DNA of 12,240 nucleotides from NCBI GenBank assembly GCA_964236955.1, contig CAXSGP010000122.1, positions 1 through 12,240 on the forward strand, written 5' to 3'. Under the pieces are notes generated by a model. That model searched no databases. It saw only the letters and a list, made by a program, of their open reading frames with translations, and was not told the origin of the DNA. A program made the translations under genes and the position numbers. This document shows, one piece after another, positions 1-8,302 of this stretch; position 1 is the first letter of the stretch, and each line of letters starts with the position of its first letter. The stretch comes from an uncultured Oligoflexus sp. GTDB lineage: Bacteria > Bdellovibrionota_B > Oligoflexia > Oligoflexales > Oligoflexaceae.

Positions 1-79
1 TTTCCAATGTAGCCACCTTCTCGGCGTATTCCAAGCGATCCCAGCGAATGTTGCGGGAGGTTATTTGACTTGAAGGCAC
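1..79 (-). CDS. Possible 5' end of a gene running off the left edge (MPSSQITSRNIRWDRLEYAEKVATLE...)
   Basis: Open frame from GTG at 79 to the window edge, divergent from ctaA and protein-like in composition. No clear SD and too short to assign. Confidence 0.25.
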   Translation of the reverse strand, partial: MPSSQITSRNIRWDRLEYAEKVATLE

Positions 80-140
80 GGCTGGCGTAAAGGATCAAGA
101 GCGCTTGGTCCAAGCCTTTTCTACGTCAATTGGGGTGAAT

Positions 141-1181
141 ATGGCAGTCTATAACCGCAGTGTCCGCACTTGGCTTCTCCTTACAACTTTTACTATCCTA
201 TTGATGATAGGTCTTGGTGGTCTGACTCGCTTGACAAAGTCGGGGCTCTCTATCGTCGAATGGCAACCGGTTGCAGGAGCCTTGCCGCCGCTCAATCAAG
301 AGCAGTGGGAGCGGGAATTCGATAAGTACAAACAATTCCCTCAGTATCAAATCAGCAATCCCAACATGCAGCTGAGCGAGTTCAAGTTTATTTATGCTTG
401 GGAATATTCGCATCGCCTGCTCGGTCGATTCATTGGAATTCTTTTTGCCGTTCCTTTATGTTACTTTGCCCTACGAAAGCGAATCAGAGGCAAGTTGGCT
501 AAAAAATTGGGTGTGGCTTTGCTTTTGGGCGGTCTCCAGGGCATTGTGGGCTGGTACATGGTGAAATCGGGCTTGGTTGATCTCCCGCAGGTTTCTCATT
601 ATCGTTTAGCAACTCATCTTCTGCTGGCGATGTTCCTGATGGTCTGGCTCTACTCGATCGCTCAGGATCTTAGATTTCCTCTTCAGGCTTCTCGCCTTGA
701 AGCTAAACAGCCTTTAGCGCATTACGTAGTAGCTTTTCTTGGACTCGTTGGTTTGCAGATCTTTTACGGAGCTTTGACAGCCGGACTTCACGCCGGTCAT
801 CTCTACAATACCTTTCCTCTTATGAATGGTGAACTTATTCCTAGCGGACTCAATTACATGGGCGGCTTGCGTGATCTTTTTGATAATCCAGTCACCGTCC
901 AATTTATTCATAGATGCCTCGGCTGGCTGGTCTTCCTCTCAGCACTAAGCCTGGCTTATTTCGGAATGAAATTCGCACGAACCAGTCGACAGAAGGTCAG
1001 CCTTCAGGTCATTGGCGGCTTAGCGGTTCTTCAGTTTGTTTTGGGTGTGTTAACGCTACTCCATGCCGTGCCCGTGACTTTGGGATCAATGCATCAGATG
1101 GGTGCCAGTCTTTTACTGCTCGCGACGGTTCACGCGGTCCATGCCTTTCATGAAGCTCAAGTTCGCCTGATCGCATTTTAA
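141..1181 (+). CDS. ctaA: Heme A synthase, COX15/CtaA family (type 2)
   Basis: Motifs GGLTRLTKSGLSIVEW, WEYSHRLLGR, SHYRLATHL, QFIHR and SMHQ with conserved His residues and multiple TM segments. ATG 141 follows GGGGTG, so it is preferred over TTG 105. Confidence 0.93.
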   Translation: MAVYNRSVRTWLLLTTFTILLMIGLGGLTRLTKSGLSIVEWQPVAGALPPLNQEQWEREFDKYKQFPQYQISNPNMQLSEFKFIYAWEYSHRLLGRFIGILFAVPLCYFALRKRIRGKLAKKLGVALLLGGLQGIVGWYMVKSGLVDLPQVSHYRLATHLLLAMFLMVWLYSIAQDLRFPLQASRLEAKQPLAHYVVAFLGLVGLQIFYGALTAGLHAGHLYNTFPLMNGELIPSGLNYMGGLRDLFDNPVTVQFIHRCLGWLVFLSALSLAYFGMKFARTSRQKVSLQVIGGLAVLQFVLGVLTLLHAVPVTLGSMHQMGASLLLLATVHAVHAFHEAQVRLIAF

Positions 1182-1247
1182 GGCAATGAGAGCCAATGGC
1201 CCCCCCTTAGCGCCGACGCACCCTGTCCTTATTTCAGCCGCCAAGTC

Positions 1248-3815
1248 CTAGCTCTCAATCTGCAACTCGGGCTTGCTCCTGAGTATCCGCAACGTGGCGA
1301 TCATAGCGGTTGCAAGGCAAACGGCAACCAAACCCAGGCTCAGAGTCAAGGGCAAGGCGATCTGAGCCCGCCAGACCCCTTTAAACAAGACCTTGGCAAT
1401 CACAAAACTGCAGACCAGACCGATCCCGGCTCCAAGCAGGCTGGCGATCCCGGAGGTACTAGCAAACTCAATGGCCGATGCTCGCAACAGCACCGGAAAT
1501 TCGGCGCCGAGAATCTTCAGCAGGTTATGGTCCCAACGCCGCGCCAGAGCCTGATGCTGCGCGATGGAATAGATGACCAGCACCCCTGTGAAAGTCGTCA
1601 GATAGGCCATGACGTTGAGTATCAAAGCCATCTGCTGGACGATCAAGGTAATCTTTGCTACCAAGGCGCTGACATCGATTACCGATATATTAGGGAATTT
1701 CTTAACGATCGCCTGTTGCGTGCTGACTTTCTTATCGATAGGCATTTCGGGAATATTCATGAGGAATGTCTTCGGAGCATCATCTATGACCCCGGGCTGC
1801 AACAGTATGAAAAAGTTTGGTTCGAAAGTGTTCCACTTTACCTTGCGCAGACTAGTGACCAAACCCTCAATCTCCAGACCCTGAACATCAAACTTTATCG
1901 TGTCACCAAGCTTGAGTTTAAGACGGTCGGCATAAGCAGCTTCCAGCGAGACCTCACCGATTCCATCCCCGCTATAAGGCCGGGTAAAAAACCTGCCGTC
2001 TTCAATACTTTCGCCGCGCGCGAGTTCCATGCGATAAGAGAGGTTGACGCCGCGATTTCTTGAATTTTCCTCTTGCTGGGCCTCGCGCGTTTCAGCGTTG
2101 CCGCTGGCGCTTCTCCCTTCCGTTTTATCCTCTCCCTCCGCCTTATTTTCATCTCTTTGGAAAGTCTTGCCATTGGTCTCGGTGAGTCTGGCCATGATCA
2201 TGGGTGAGGTCGACTGTGCAGACGATCCCAGGGTCGCTAGAAGGGCTTTTAGATCCGCGACCTGATCATCTTGAATATCGAATAGGAAAAAGCTTGGGAG
2301 CTTTCGACCGTCAGGACTGTCCAATTCCCGTAAAATACTGCCCTGAAGCTGCGGAATAAGATTGATCAGGCTGCTGCCCAGACCAATTGCGACAAAAGCA
2401 CTGATCGTTGACGCGGGGTGGGACCTTAGAAAGAGTGCGGCTAGCCGCAGCGAAAGGCTGGGACTCCTGCGCAAGCGCGTCACAGCATAGAGAAAACCCC
2501 AGGCAACACATGCAAAAAAGGTCAGAATCAGCAGGGCAAGGCCAAAAAAAAGACTGCCGATTGGCAAGGAATGGGCCTGCAATACGGAAAGACCATAAAA
2601 AGCGGCAAGGACAGGCAGGTAAGCCAGGCGGTCTTTCGAAAGAAAGACCACGGCATCCGTGTTTTGTTCATGAAAAAGCACGGAAGGATTGAGCCTGCGG
2701 AGGCGCTGTAAAACGGGCAGGCAAATCAAGATCGATCCCAATCCGCCTAAAACAAGGGCGAAAGCAATCGTTTGCCAGGGAAGGCCGGCTTCAAACGCAA
2801 CGGGAGAGAAGTCCTTTACGAGATTGAGAAGCAGGGGAATGACTCCAAGCGCCAGGAGCGACGAAAAAATCGCACTGATGATACCTAGAAAGCCTACTTG
2901 CATAAGGTAGAGTAAAAGAGCTTTATTATGGGTCAAACCTAGGCTTATAAGCACGGCAAGCGACGAACTGCGCCGCTCAAAATAGTCACGGTAAAGGTAG
3001 GCTGCCCCGATACCTGCCAGTGATAATGCCACCAAAGCCACGAGACCGAGATAGTCGGAGAGATAGGCGAGCATGCGGCCATTGTCCTGACCCGATTCCA
3101 GATAGCTGCGGATACGAACCGAGGGATCCGGAATGTGAAGCTTGAGCTGTCTCAGTTGTTTGTCGACAGCGGCGCCTAGGGGAAGTTTATAGAGTATGGT
3201 ATGCCAGGCCGTGTTGCCTTTGACCAATAATCCGGTGGGCGCGAGCCATCTTGAATTCATATAGACCCGCGGTGCCATTCCCTGGCCGATGGACGTGGCC
3301 GTATCCTCTTTAATCGTATCGGCAATTTTAAAGGTCTGCTGGCCTATCGTAACCTCAGAGCCTTGCTTAAGTTCGAGCTTTATCGCCAGCTCCGGTGCGA
3401 TCCACAGAGTTGGCTCCGCTTTTAAGGAAGGAGCCTTGCGATGAAATCCAAGGTGCTCAAGCAGGATGTCGCCATAGTAGGGATAGTCTTCTTCCACAGC
3501 CCTCACTTCGACGAGACTGCTGGAGTCTTTGGTCGCCATCATGGTGAAGAGACTTGTCAAATGCTGCGAAACGCTACCTGGCGGCAGACTGTCGATCGCC
3601 ATTTTCCCTTCGAGATCGGTGATCGGCCGCCTTGAGCTCATCGTCAAGTCAGCTCCTAAAAGGGTCTTTGCCGAGTCCTGGAGCCTGTCTCTGAAATTCC
3701 GCTTGAGAGCATCGAGGCTGATAAAGCCGAGTAGCCCAAGGCTCATGTTCAAAACGAAAAGCAAGGCAAAACGCGGGCCATTGCGCAGTTCTTTCAGCAT
3801 ATAGCGGAAGAGCAT
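1248..3815 (-). CDS. ybbP: ABC transporter permease, YbbP-like (FtsX/MacB type VII, duplicated architecture), about 855 aa
   Basis: LLGADL, YPYYG, PSFFLFDIQ, SLRKVKWNTFEPNFF and LLKILGA motifs; two TM bundles separated by large soluble domains. ATG 3815 has an AAGGA SD and sits just downstream of the ATPase stop at 3829. Confidence 0.88.
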   Translation of the reverse strand: MLFRYMLKELRNGPRFALLFVLNMSLGLLGFISLDALKRNFRDRLQDSAKTLLGADLTMSSRRPITDLEGKMAIDSLPPGSVSQHLTSLFTMMATKDSSSLVEVRAVEEDYPYYGDILLEHLGFHRKAPSLKAEPTLWIAPELAIKLELKQGSEVTIGQQTFKIADTIKEDTATSIGQGMAPRVYMNSRWLAPTGLLVKGNTAWHTILYKLPLGAAVDKQLRQLKLHIPDPSVRIRSYLESGQDNGRMLAYLSDYLGLVALVALSLAGIGAAYLYRDYFERRSSSLAVLISLGLTHNKALLLYLMQVGFLGIISAIFSSLLALGVIPLLLNLVKDFSPVAFEAGLPWQTIAFALVLGGLGSILICLPVLQRLRRLNPSVLFHEQNTDAVVFLSKDRLAYLPVLAAFYGLSVLQAHSLPIGSLFFGLALLILTFFACVAWGFLYAVTRLRRSPSLSLRLAALFLRSHPASTISAFVAIGLGSSLINLIPQLQGSILRELDSPDGRKLPSFFLFDIQDDQVADLKALLATLGSSAQSTSPMIMARLTETNGKTFQRDENKAEGEDKTEGRSASGNAETREAQQEENSRNRGVNLSYRMELARGESIEDGRFFTRPYSGDGIGEVSLEAAYADRLKLKLGDTIKFDVQGLEIEGLVTSLRKVKWNTFEPNFFILLQPGVIDDAPKTFLMNIPEMPIDKKVSTQQAIVKKFPNISVIDVSALVAKITLIVQQMALILNVMAYLTTFTGVLVIYSIAQHQALARRWDHNLLKILGAEFPVLLRASAIEFASTSGIASLLGAGIGLVCSFVIAKVLFKGVWRAQIALPLTLSLGLVAVCLATAMIATLRILRSKPELQIES

Positions 3816-3828
3816 GAGGCGATCCTTC

Positions 3829-4491
3829 TTATTGGAAGCGTCCGGTTTGAAGCGTAAGCTGTCGATGGCAACGCTTGGCAAGGAGTGGATCGTGCGTGAC
3901 GAGGATCATCGTCATGCCGCGCTCCTTCACGGCATCAAACAGCTGCTGCATGACTCTGGTGCCCGTAGCAAGATCGAGATTGCCTGAAGGTTCATCGGCA
4001 AGGAGTAGTCTTGGCTGCACGACACAGGCACGGGCGATCGCCACACGCTGCATTTCACCGCCGCTGAGCTGCTGCGGTAAATGCTGGGCTCTATGATCGA
4101 GACCGACCAGTTTAAGCGCGTCAAGGGCCAGCTTTTCAGCGTCTCTCATGCCTGCAATGTCAAGAGGTAGCGTGACATTCTCAAGCGCAGTCAGGCCCTT
4201 CATAAGATGGAATTGCTGAAAGATAATCCCGATGTTCGCACCGCGGAAGCGACTCAGGGCCGCCTGCTTGAGCCCAGCAAGTTCCTGGCCGCCTATGCTG
4301 ACCTTGCCTTTGTCGACCTGATCAAGCCCTGCGAGCAGGGAGAGGAGAGTGGATTTGCCAGAACCCGATTGTCCGACGATAGCCAGGGTTTCGCCAGCTT
4401 CGACGGTAAAACTCAGGTCTTTTATAACAGCAATTTCGGTTTCCGCCTGCCGAAAGCTTTTGGCGATCTGATCGACGACAACAATGCTCAT
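3829..4491 (-). CDS. ybbA: ABC transporter ATP-binding protein, YbbA/LolD-like
   Basis: Walker A GQSGSGKS, Q-loop IFQQFHL, signature LSGGEMQRVAIARA, Walker B LLADEPSGNLD and H-loop VTHD. ATGA overlap with the upstream esterase stop. Confidence 0.9.
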   Translation of the reverse strand: MSIVVVDQIAKSFRQAETEIAVIKDLSFTVEAGETLAIVGQSGSGKSTLLSLLAGLDQVDKGKVSIGGQELAGLKQAALSRFRGANIGIIFQQFHLMKGLTALENVTLPLDIAGMRDAEKLALDALKLVGLDHRAQHLPQQLSGGEMQRVAIARACVVQPRLLLADEPSGNLDLATGTRVMQQLFDAVKERGMTMILVTHDPLLAKRCHRQLTLQTGRFQ

Positions 4492-5105
4492 AAAAGCCCT
4501 TTAATGACAGGATAGATTCGATTCGTTACGATTTCGTAGCCTTTTTCGTTGGGATGAATGCCATCGGCCTGATTGAGTTTGTCATCGCCGGCTACGCCTT
4601 CTAAAAAGAAGGGCACAAACGTGATTTTTTTCTCTGCGGCGATTCGGCTGAAGGTCTTTTCAAAGTCTTTCGGAAATTTTTCGCCATAATTGGGGGGCGC
4701 CCGCATCCCGAGAAGAACGACCTTGATCCTGGCTTTCTGAATCTCATCGATTGCCTGGGCAATATTTTTATAGGTCGTCTCTGTATCGATGCCGCGAAGG
4801 CCATCATTAGCACCCAGTGCGTAGATGATCAGGTCGGGCTTGGTTCGCTTGAGATGAAAGCGGAGACTACTCAGACCAAAGGCTGTCGTTGCCCCGCTAG
4901 AGCCGGCATTGATGACTTTGGCGTCCTTTAGGCCGTCGGCCTGAAGCTTGTTCTGCAGGAGCTGCGGCCAGGTTTTATCGGGAGGCACACCAAGGCCGAA
5001 GGTTAATGAGTCACCAATCGATAAAATGACTGGTTTTGCCCAGAGAGAAGGTGCAAAAAGAAAGAGTAAAGAAACGACACTGAGCCTTAGAAGCTTTTGT
5101 TTCAT
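4488..5105 (-). CDS. tesA: Exported GDSL/SGNH arylesterase / acyl-CoA thioesterase I, TesA-like
   Basis: Blocks IGDSLT, NAGSSG, GANDGLRG and DGIHPN; Sec signal peptide ending ...SLWA. ATG 5105 follows AAGGTG (GTG 5114 is an alternative start). Confidence 0.9.
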   Translation of the reverse strand: MKQKLLRLSVVSLLFLFAPSLWAKPVILSIGDSLTFGLGVPPDKTWPQLLQNKLQADGLKDAKVINAGSSGATTAFGLSSLRFHLKRTKPDLIIYALGANDGLRGIDTETTYKNIAQAIDEIQKARIKVVLLGMRAPPNYGEKFPKDFEKTFSRIAAEKKITFVPFFLEGVAGDDKLNQADGIHPNEKGYEIVTNRIYPVIKGLL

Positions 5106-5292
5106 GGAAAACACCTTTTGACGTAGCGCTGCTGTGTCTCTGTATTATCGCCTAGAGCGCTTGTACAGCAAAGGAATACTTTGCGAGCCCGGGGCCGGCT
5201 CCCCAAAAATTCCGATCGAATCGGGAAGGCTAGCGTTTAGCAAATAAGAATATGAGTAGAGCATTTGACTTATAAAATGGGAGGCCAGCATT

Positions 5293-6527
5293 TTGGAACA
5301 TTTTACCTATCGTGGCGGGGAAACCTTTTGCGAAAAAGTCGCGCTTAAAACTATCGCCGCCGAGGTCGGGACACCCTGCTATGTCTATTCCAAAGCCAGT
5401 TTGAACGGGCAAATCAAAAGGCTCAAGGATGCCTTCGGCGGGTATCCGACCCTGATGTGTTATGCCGTCAAGGCGAATAGCAATCTCTCGTTACTGCGAG
5501 AGATTTTCCAAGAGGCTATGGGTGCGGATATAGTCTCGATGGGAGAACTGGAACGCTCGCTAAAAGCTGGTGTGAAGCCTTTGGAAGTGGTTTATTCGGG
5601 AGTCGGTAAACGCGACGATGAAATTCTTCGTGCCCTCGATGTGGGTATTTATGCATTTAATGTCGAATCCAAAGGCGAACTTGAGACCATAGGCCGACTG
5701 GCAAAGGGTCGGGGTAAAATTGCCAATATCTCGCTTCGCATCAACCCCAATATCGATGCGAAGACCAATCCGAAAATCGCCACCGGGCTGTTCTCAACGA
5801 AGTTTGGTCTGGTCGAAGACGAAGCGCTGGAACTCGTGCATTATGCAGCGACTCACCCCAACCTTCAACTCAAAGGGGTTGGCTGTCACATAGGGAGTCA
5901 AATCACTGACCTTAAGCCTATGGCAGAAGCGGTGGAAAAGCTCGTGGCCTTTGCGATGAGGGTGCGAAAAGTAGGCGCCAACCTTGAGTTTCTCGATATG
6001 GGGGGAGGTCTCGGAATCGTTTATGACAAAGAGCGTCCCCCTTCGATCGAGAATTATGCGGAAATACTGATAACGGCCGTGAAACCTACCGGCCTTCGCC
6101 TGCTGATCGAGCCAGGGCGTCTGGTGGTTGGCAACGCGGGTGTGCTGCTGTGTTCGGTAGTCGTAACGAAAAAGACTCCGAAAAAATCTTTTGTCATCGT
6201 TGACGGCGCAATGAATGATCTCATTCGTCCGGCCATGTATGATTCCTATCATGGGATAATGCCGGTTCGTATGAGTACGGGGGTCGAGGGAATTCACGAT
6301 GTCGTGGGGCCGGTATGTGAGACATTTTTGGCTCCGATCGGCGGCTGCCGGAGATGAAAACTGGTGATCTCCTCTATTTGCAAAGTGCGGGCGCCTATGG
6401 TTCGACCATGGCCTCGAACTATAATACCCGGGCACGCGCTGCCGAAGTTCTTGTCAATGGGGATAGATTTATAACGATAAGGCGTCGAGAAAAACTCGAG
6501 GATTTATGGAAGGATGAAGAGTTTTGA
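5293..6527 (+). pseudogene. lysA: Diaminopimelate decarboxylase, frameshifted at about 6322 (true pseudogene or sequence error)
   Basis: TTG start with GGGAGG SD; YAVKANS (PLP Lys), HIGSQ, GGGLG, EPGR and VVGPVCE motifs. Frame 0 stops at 6357. The -1 frame from 6321 reads DIFGSDRRLPEMKTGDLLYLQSAGAYGSTMASNYNTRARAAEVLV...EEF, ending TGA 6525-6527, which is the normal LysA C-terminus. Confidence 0.92.
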
Positions 6528-6540
6528 CCGCCTGGGGCCT

Positions 6541-6592
6541 GCTGGTGGTTTCGCTCGATTCAGAGAAATCGTTCGTAGCACCAGCTCTTTAT
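6541..6592 (+). terminator. Imperfect hairpin after lysA, possible terminator between convergent genes
   Basis: GCTGGTG (6541-6547) pairs with CACCAGC (6579-6585), with an inner CGATT/AATCG stem, followed by TCTTTAT. The U-tract is weak. Confidence 0.35.
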
Positions 6593-6611
6593 CGAGTCCG
6601 TACCCATGATC

Positions 6612-6842
6612 TCAATTCGAAACCTGAGCGCTTGGGCATTTGATTTTCGAAGCCATCTTGCCGATGCTTGAAGGCGAGCTGTCTTTGAATGAGCAGCTAT
6701 CATTGGGCAAACGTGACGAGTGCTTTTCATCAACCATTGCCAAATTTGATTTATGATATTTCGCGGCGATCGTATTCTGAGCCATCTTTGGCATGATAAA
6801 AAATGCAAATTCCAATCCTAAAACCAAGCCTATTGTTTTCAC
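6612..6842 (-). CDS. Small hypothetical protein (76 aa) with hydrophobic N-terminus, possibly exported or membrane-anchored
   Basis: GTG start with GAGGA SD 8 nt upstream; MKT followed by a hydrophobic stretch; two Cys in the polar C-terminal part; sigma28-like promoter about 45 nt upstream. Confidence 0.55.
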   Translation of the reverse strand: MKTIGLVLGLEFAFFIMPKMAQNTIAAKYHKSNLAMVDEKHSSRLPNDSCSFKDSSPSSIGKMASKIKCPSAQVSN

Positions 6843-6886
6843 GCTATGTTCCTCTTTTGGGGGACGTCGTTACTCCGTTAAAATAC

Positions 6887-6914
6887 CTATCGGTCCGGGT
6901 TTGAAAAAGCTTGA
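6887..6914 (-). promoter_or_regulatory. Sigma28 (FliA/SigD)-like promoter
   Basis: Minus strand reads TCAAG-ctttttcaaacccgg-ACCGATAG, resembling the T(A/C)AAG-N14/15-GCCGATA consensus. It points at the 6842 ORF. Confidence 0.55.
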
Positions 6915-7220
6915 TGGCAGTCATTTTATTGCATAAATTTCAATCGCTTAGCTTGCTTTTTATAGAAGGAGCTACCGTTCCGTTTTAACAGGAACAAAAT
7001 ATTCTTTTAAAGCAAGGGCTTGCAGCGTTTTTCAGGTATTTTTTAGGTAACAAAGCGGCCTGTTATCCAGCATCCTCGCCACAGTTTCTCATTCTCTCTG
7101 TTTTTATAGGAAGTTATGGCGCATTCGGCGCTTTTTCTTGGTAGGTGTCCGATTGCAGCTTGGCGTTTCATTCGGAGGCCGCTTGAGGTAAAAGAGGCGA
7201 AGCCAACGAAAGGTATGCCT

Positions 7221-8216
7221 ATGCAGGAATCGCCAGATTATGAGGAAGGCATTCAGGAATGCCTTGACTATCTCAATTCTCCGTCCGCTTTAGAGAGTCT
7301 GCGGGCCGATTGTTATTGGCCGAAGTGGGATTCGCCTTGGTGGCATATGCTTTTGCTCCACGAAATGGGCGAAACCTATCGGCTACCAAAAAAGATTATC
7401 GACGCGTATATCTCTTCACTCAATCACATCGCTCTTAAGATCTTTCCCATTCACTCCCAGGACCTGCCGCCTGGCATTGACCCCTATCGCGGCTACCCCT
7501 GCCATTGCCAGTTGGGAAATGTTTACCAGGTGCTTGCTACCTATGGAGTTGATGTTGATGAGGCTTTGCCTTGGATAAAGCCCTGGTTTCTTCGCTATCA
7601 AATGGCTGACGGCGGTTTAAATTGTGATAGAAAGGCCTATCTTGTCGAAGGGGAAACACCAAGCTCCATGGTGGGAACGATTGCAGCGTTTGAGACTATA
7701 CTCCTTTGTTCTTCAAAAAAATGGACCGATACTGAAAAGGCCTTTCTCGAAAAAGGCGCCCAATTTTTAATCGGGCGCAAACTCATCCTTGGATCTGACA
7801 CGGTCCACAACGCTGCCGAGCGGTTAAGCGCAAAGGATTGGCAAAAGCCAAGTTTTCCGCGCTTTTACTTTTACGATTCCCTACGAGGCCTGCTGGCGGT
7901 TTTGCGTTGGTCGATTATGTTGAAAAGGCCGCTGCCCGTGGCAGCAATTCAGGATTTTGTCCTGGCTTTCCACAAGCAATTTCCGGATGGAAAGGTGCAC
8001 ATCGAACGCCGGGCCTTTGCTGACGTAAAGACGCTTGCACAAGCATCATCTGGCCAATGGCAACCCAAACAACCGGCGCGATATCCCCCTTTGCTCCAAA
8101 AAGTTAGCGCAATCGGTGGATATTCCCCCTTCCTCTCCAAACAGTGGGCCGAAGCTAAAAACTTACTGTCACAAGGGGACGAATGGAAAAATTTACTGCA
8201 GAGTTCCAGTTCCTAA
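7221..8216 (+). CDS. Uncharacterised protein, probable terpenoid-cyclase/prenyltransferase-like alpha-alpha toroid fold
   Basis: Long ORF containing WFLRYQMADGGLNC (resembles the QxxDGG[WF] prenyltransferase/squalene-cyclase repeat), plus YWPKWDSPWW, CHCQLGN and FPRFYFYDxLRGL. ATG 7221 follows GAAAGG; ATG 7215 and 7116 are alternatives. The ORF is solid, the fold call is inference. Confidence 0.7.
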   Translation: MQESPDYEEGIQECLDYLNSPSALESLRADCYWPKWDSPWWHMLLLHEMGETYRLPKKIIDAYISSLNHIALKIFPIHSQDLPPGIDPYRGYPCHCQLGNVYQVLATYGVDVDEALPWIKPWFLRYQMADGGLNCDRKAYLVEGETPSSMVGTIAAFETILLCSSKKWTDTEKAFLEKGAQFLIGRKLILGSDTVHNAAERLSAKDWQKPSFPRFYFYDSLRGLLAVLRWSIMLKRPLPVAAIQDFVLAFHKQFPDGKVHIERRAFADVKTLAQASSGQWQPKQPARYPPLLQKVSAIGGYSPFLSKQWAEAKNLLSQGDEWKNLLQSSSS

Positions 8217-8264
8217 GCGCGGGTTCAGACGCATTCTCAGACCTTGCTTTCCCTCCTGTCCATC

Positions 8265-8302
8265 GAATATTCAAAGGCCCCACCCGGGCCTTTGTGATAT
8301 TC
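8265..8302 (+). promoter_or_regulatory. Strong stem-loop between the 7221 gene and the ABC exporter (terminator/attenuator or part of a structured leader)
   Basis: Perfect 9-bp stem CAAAGGCCC (8272-8280) / GGGCCTTTG (8286-8294), extended by GAATAT/ATATTC. Confidence 0.55.

Noticed and set aside
1527..2063. 178-aa plus-strand ORF and other short ORFs inside the permease, ABC and Nei genes
   Set aside because: Antisense or alternative-frame shadows of well-supported CDSs.
3816..3881. N-terminal extension of the permease to TTG 3881
   Set aside because: It overlaps the ATPase 3' end, whereas ATG 3815 has its own SD.
5118..5148. Sigma70-like TTGACG...TATTAT promoter for lysA
   Set aside because: The 19-nt spacer is suboptimal, so it cannot be supported without TSS data.
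5115..5292. Lysine riboswitch upstream of lysA
   Set aside because: The hallmark AGAGGNGC start and GAAAGG...GCCGAA elements are not convincingly present.
6322..6330. Programmed -1 ribosomal frameshift at ATTTTTG rescuing lysA
   Set aside because: Not a canonical X XXY YYZ heptamer, and slippage would still leave the conserved Gly-Asp after CET missing. A deletion explains the data better.
5794..6435. 213-aa antisense ORF over lysA
   Set aside because: Shadow frame of a conserved gene, with no recognisable motifs.
6560..6808. 82-aa alternative-frame ORF overlapping the small gene
   Set aside because: No good SD; the 6842 frame has the SD, a hydrophobic N-terminus and fitting promoter geometry.
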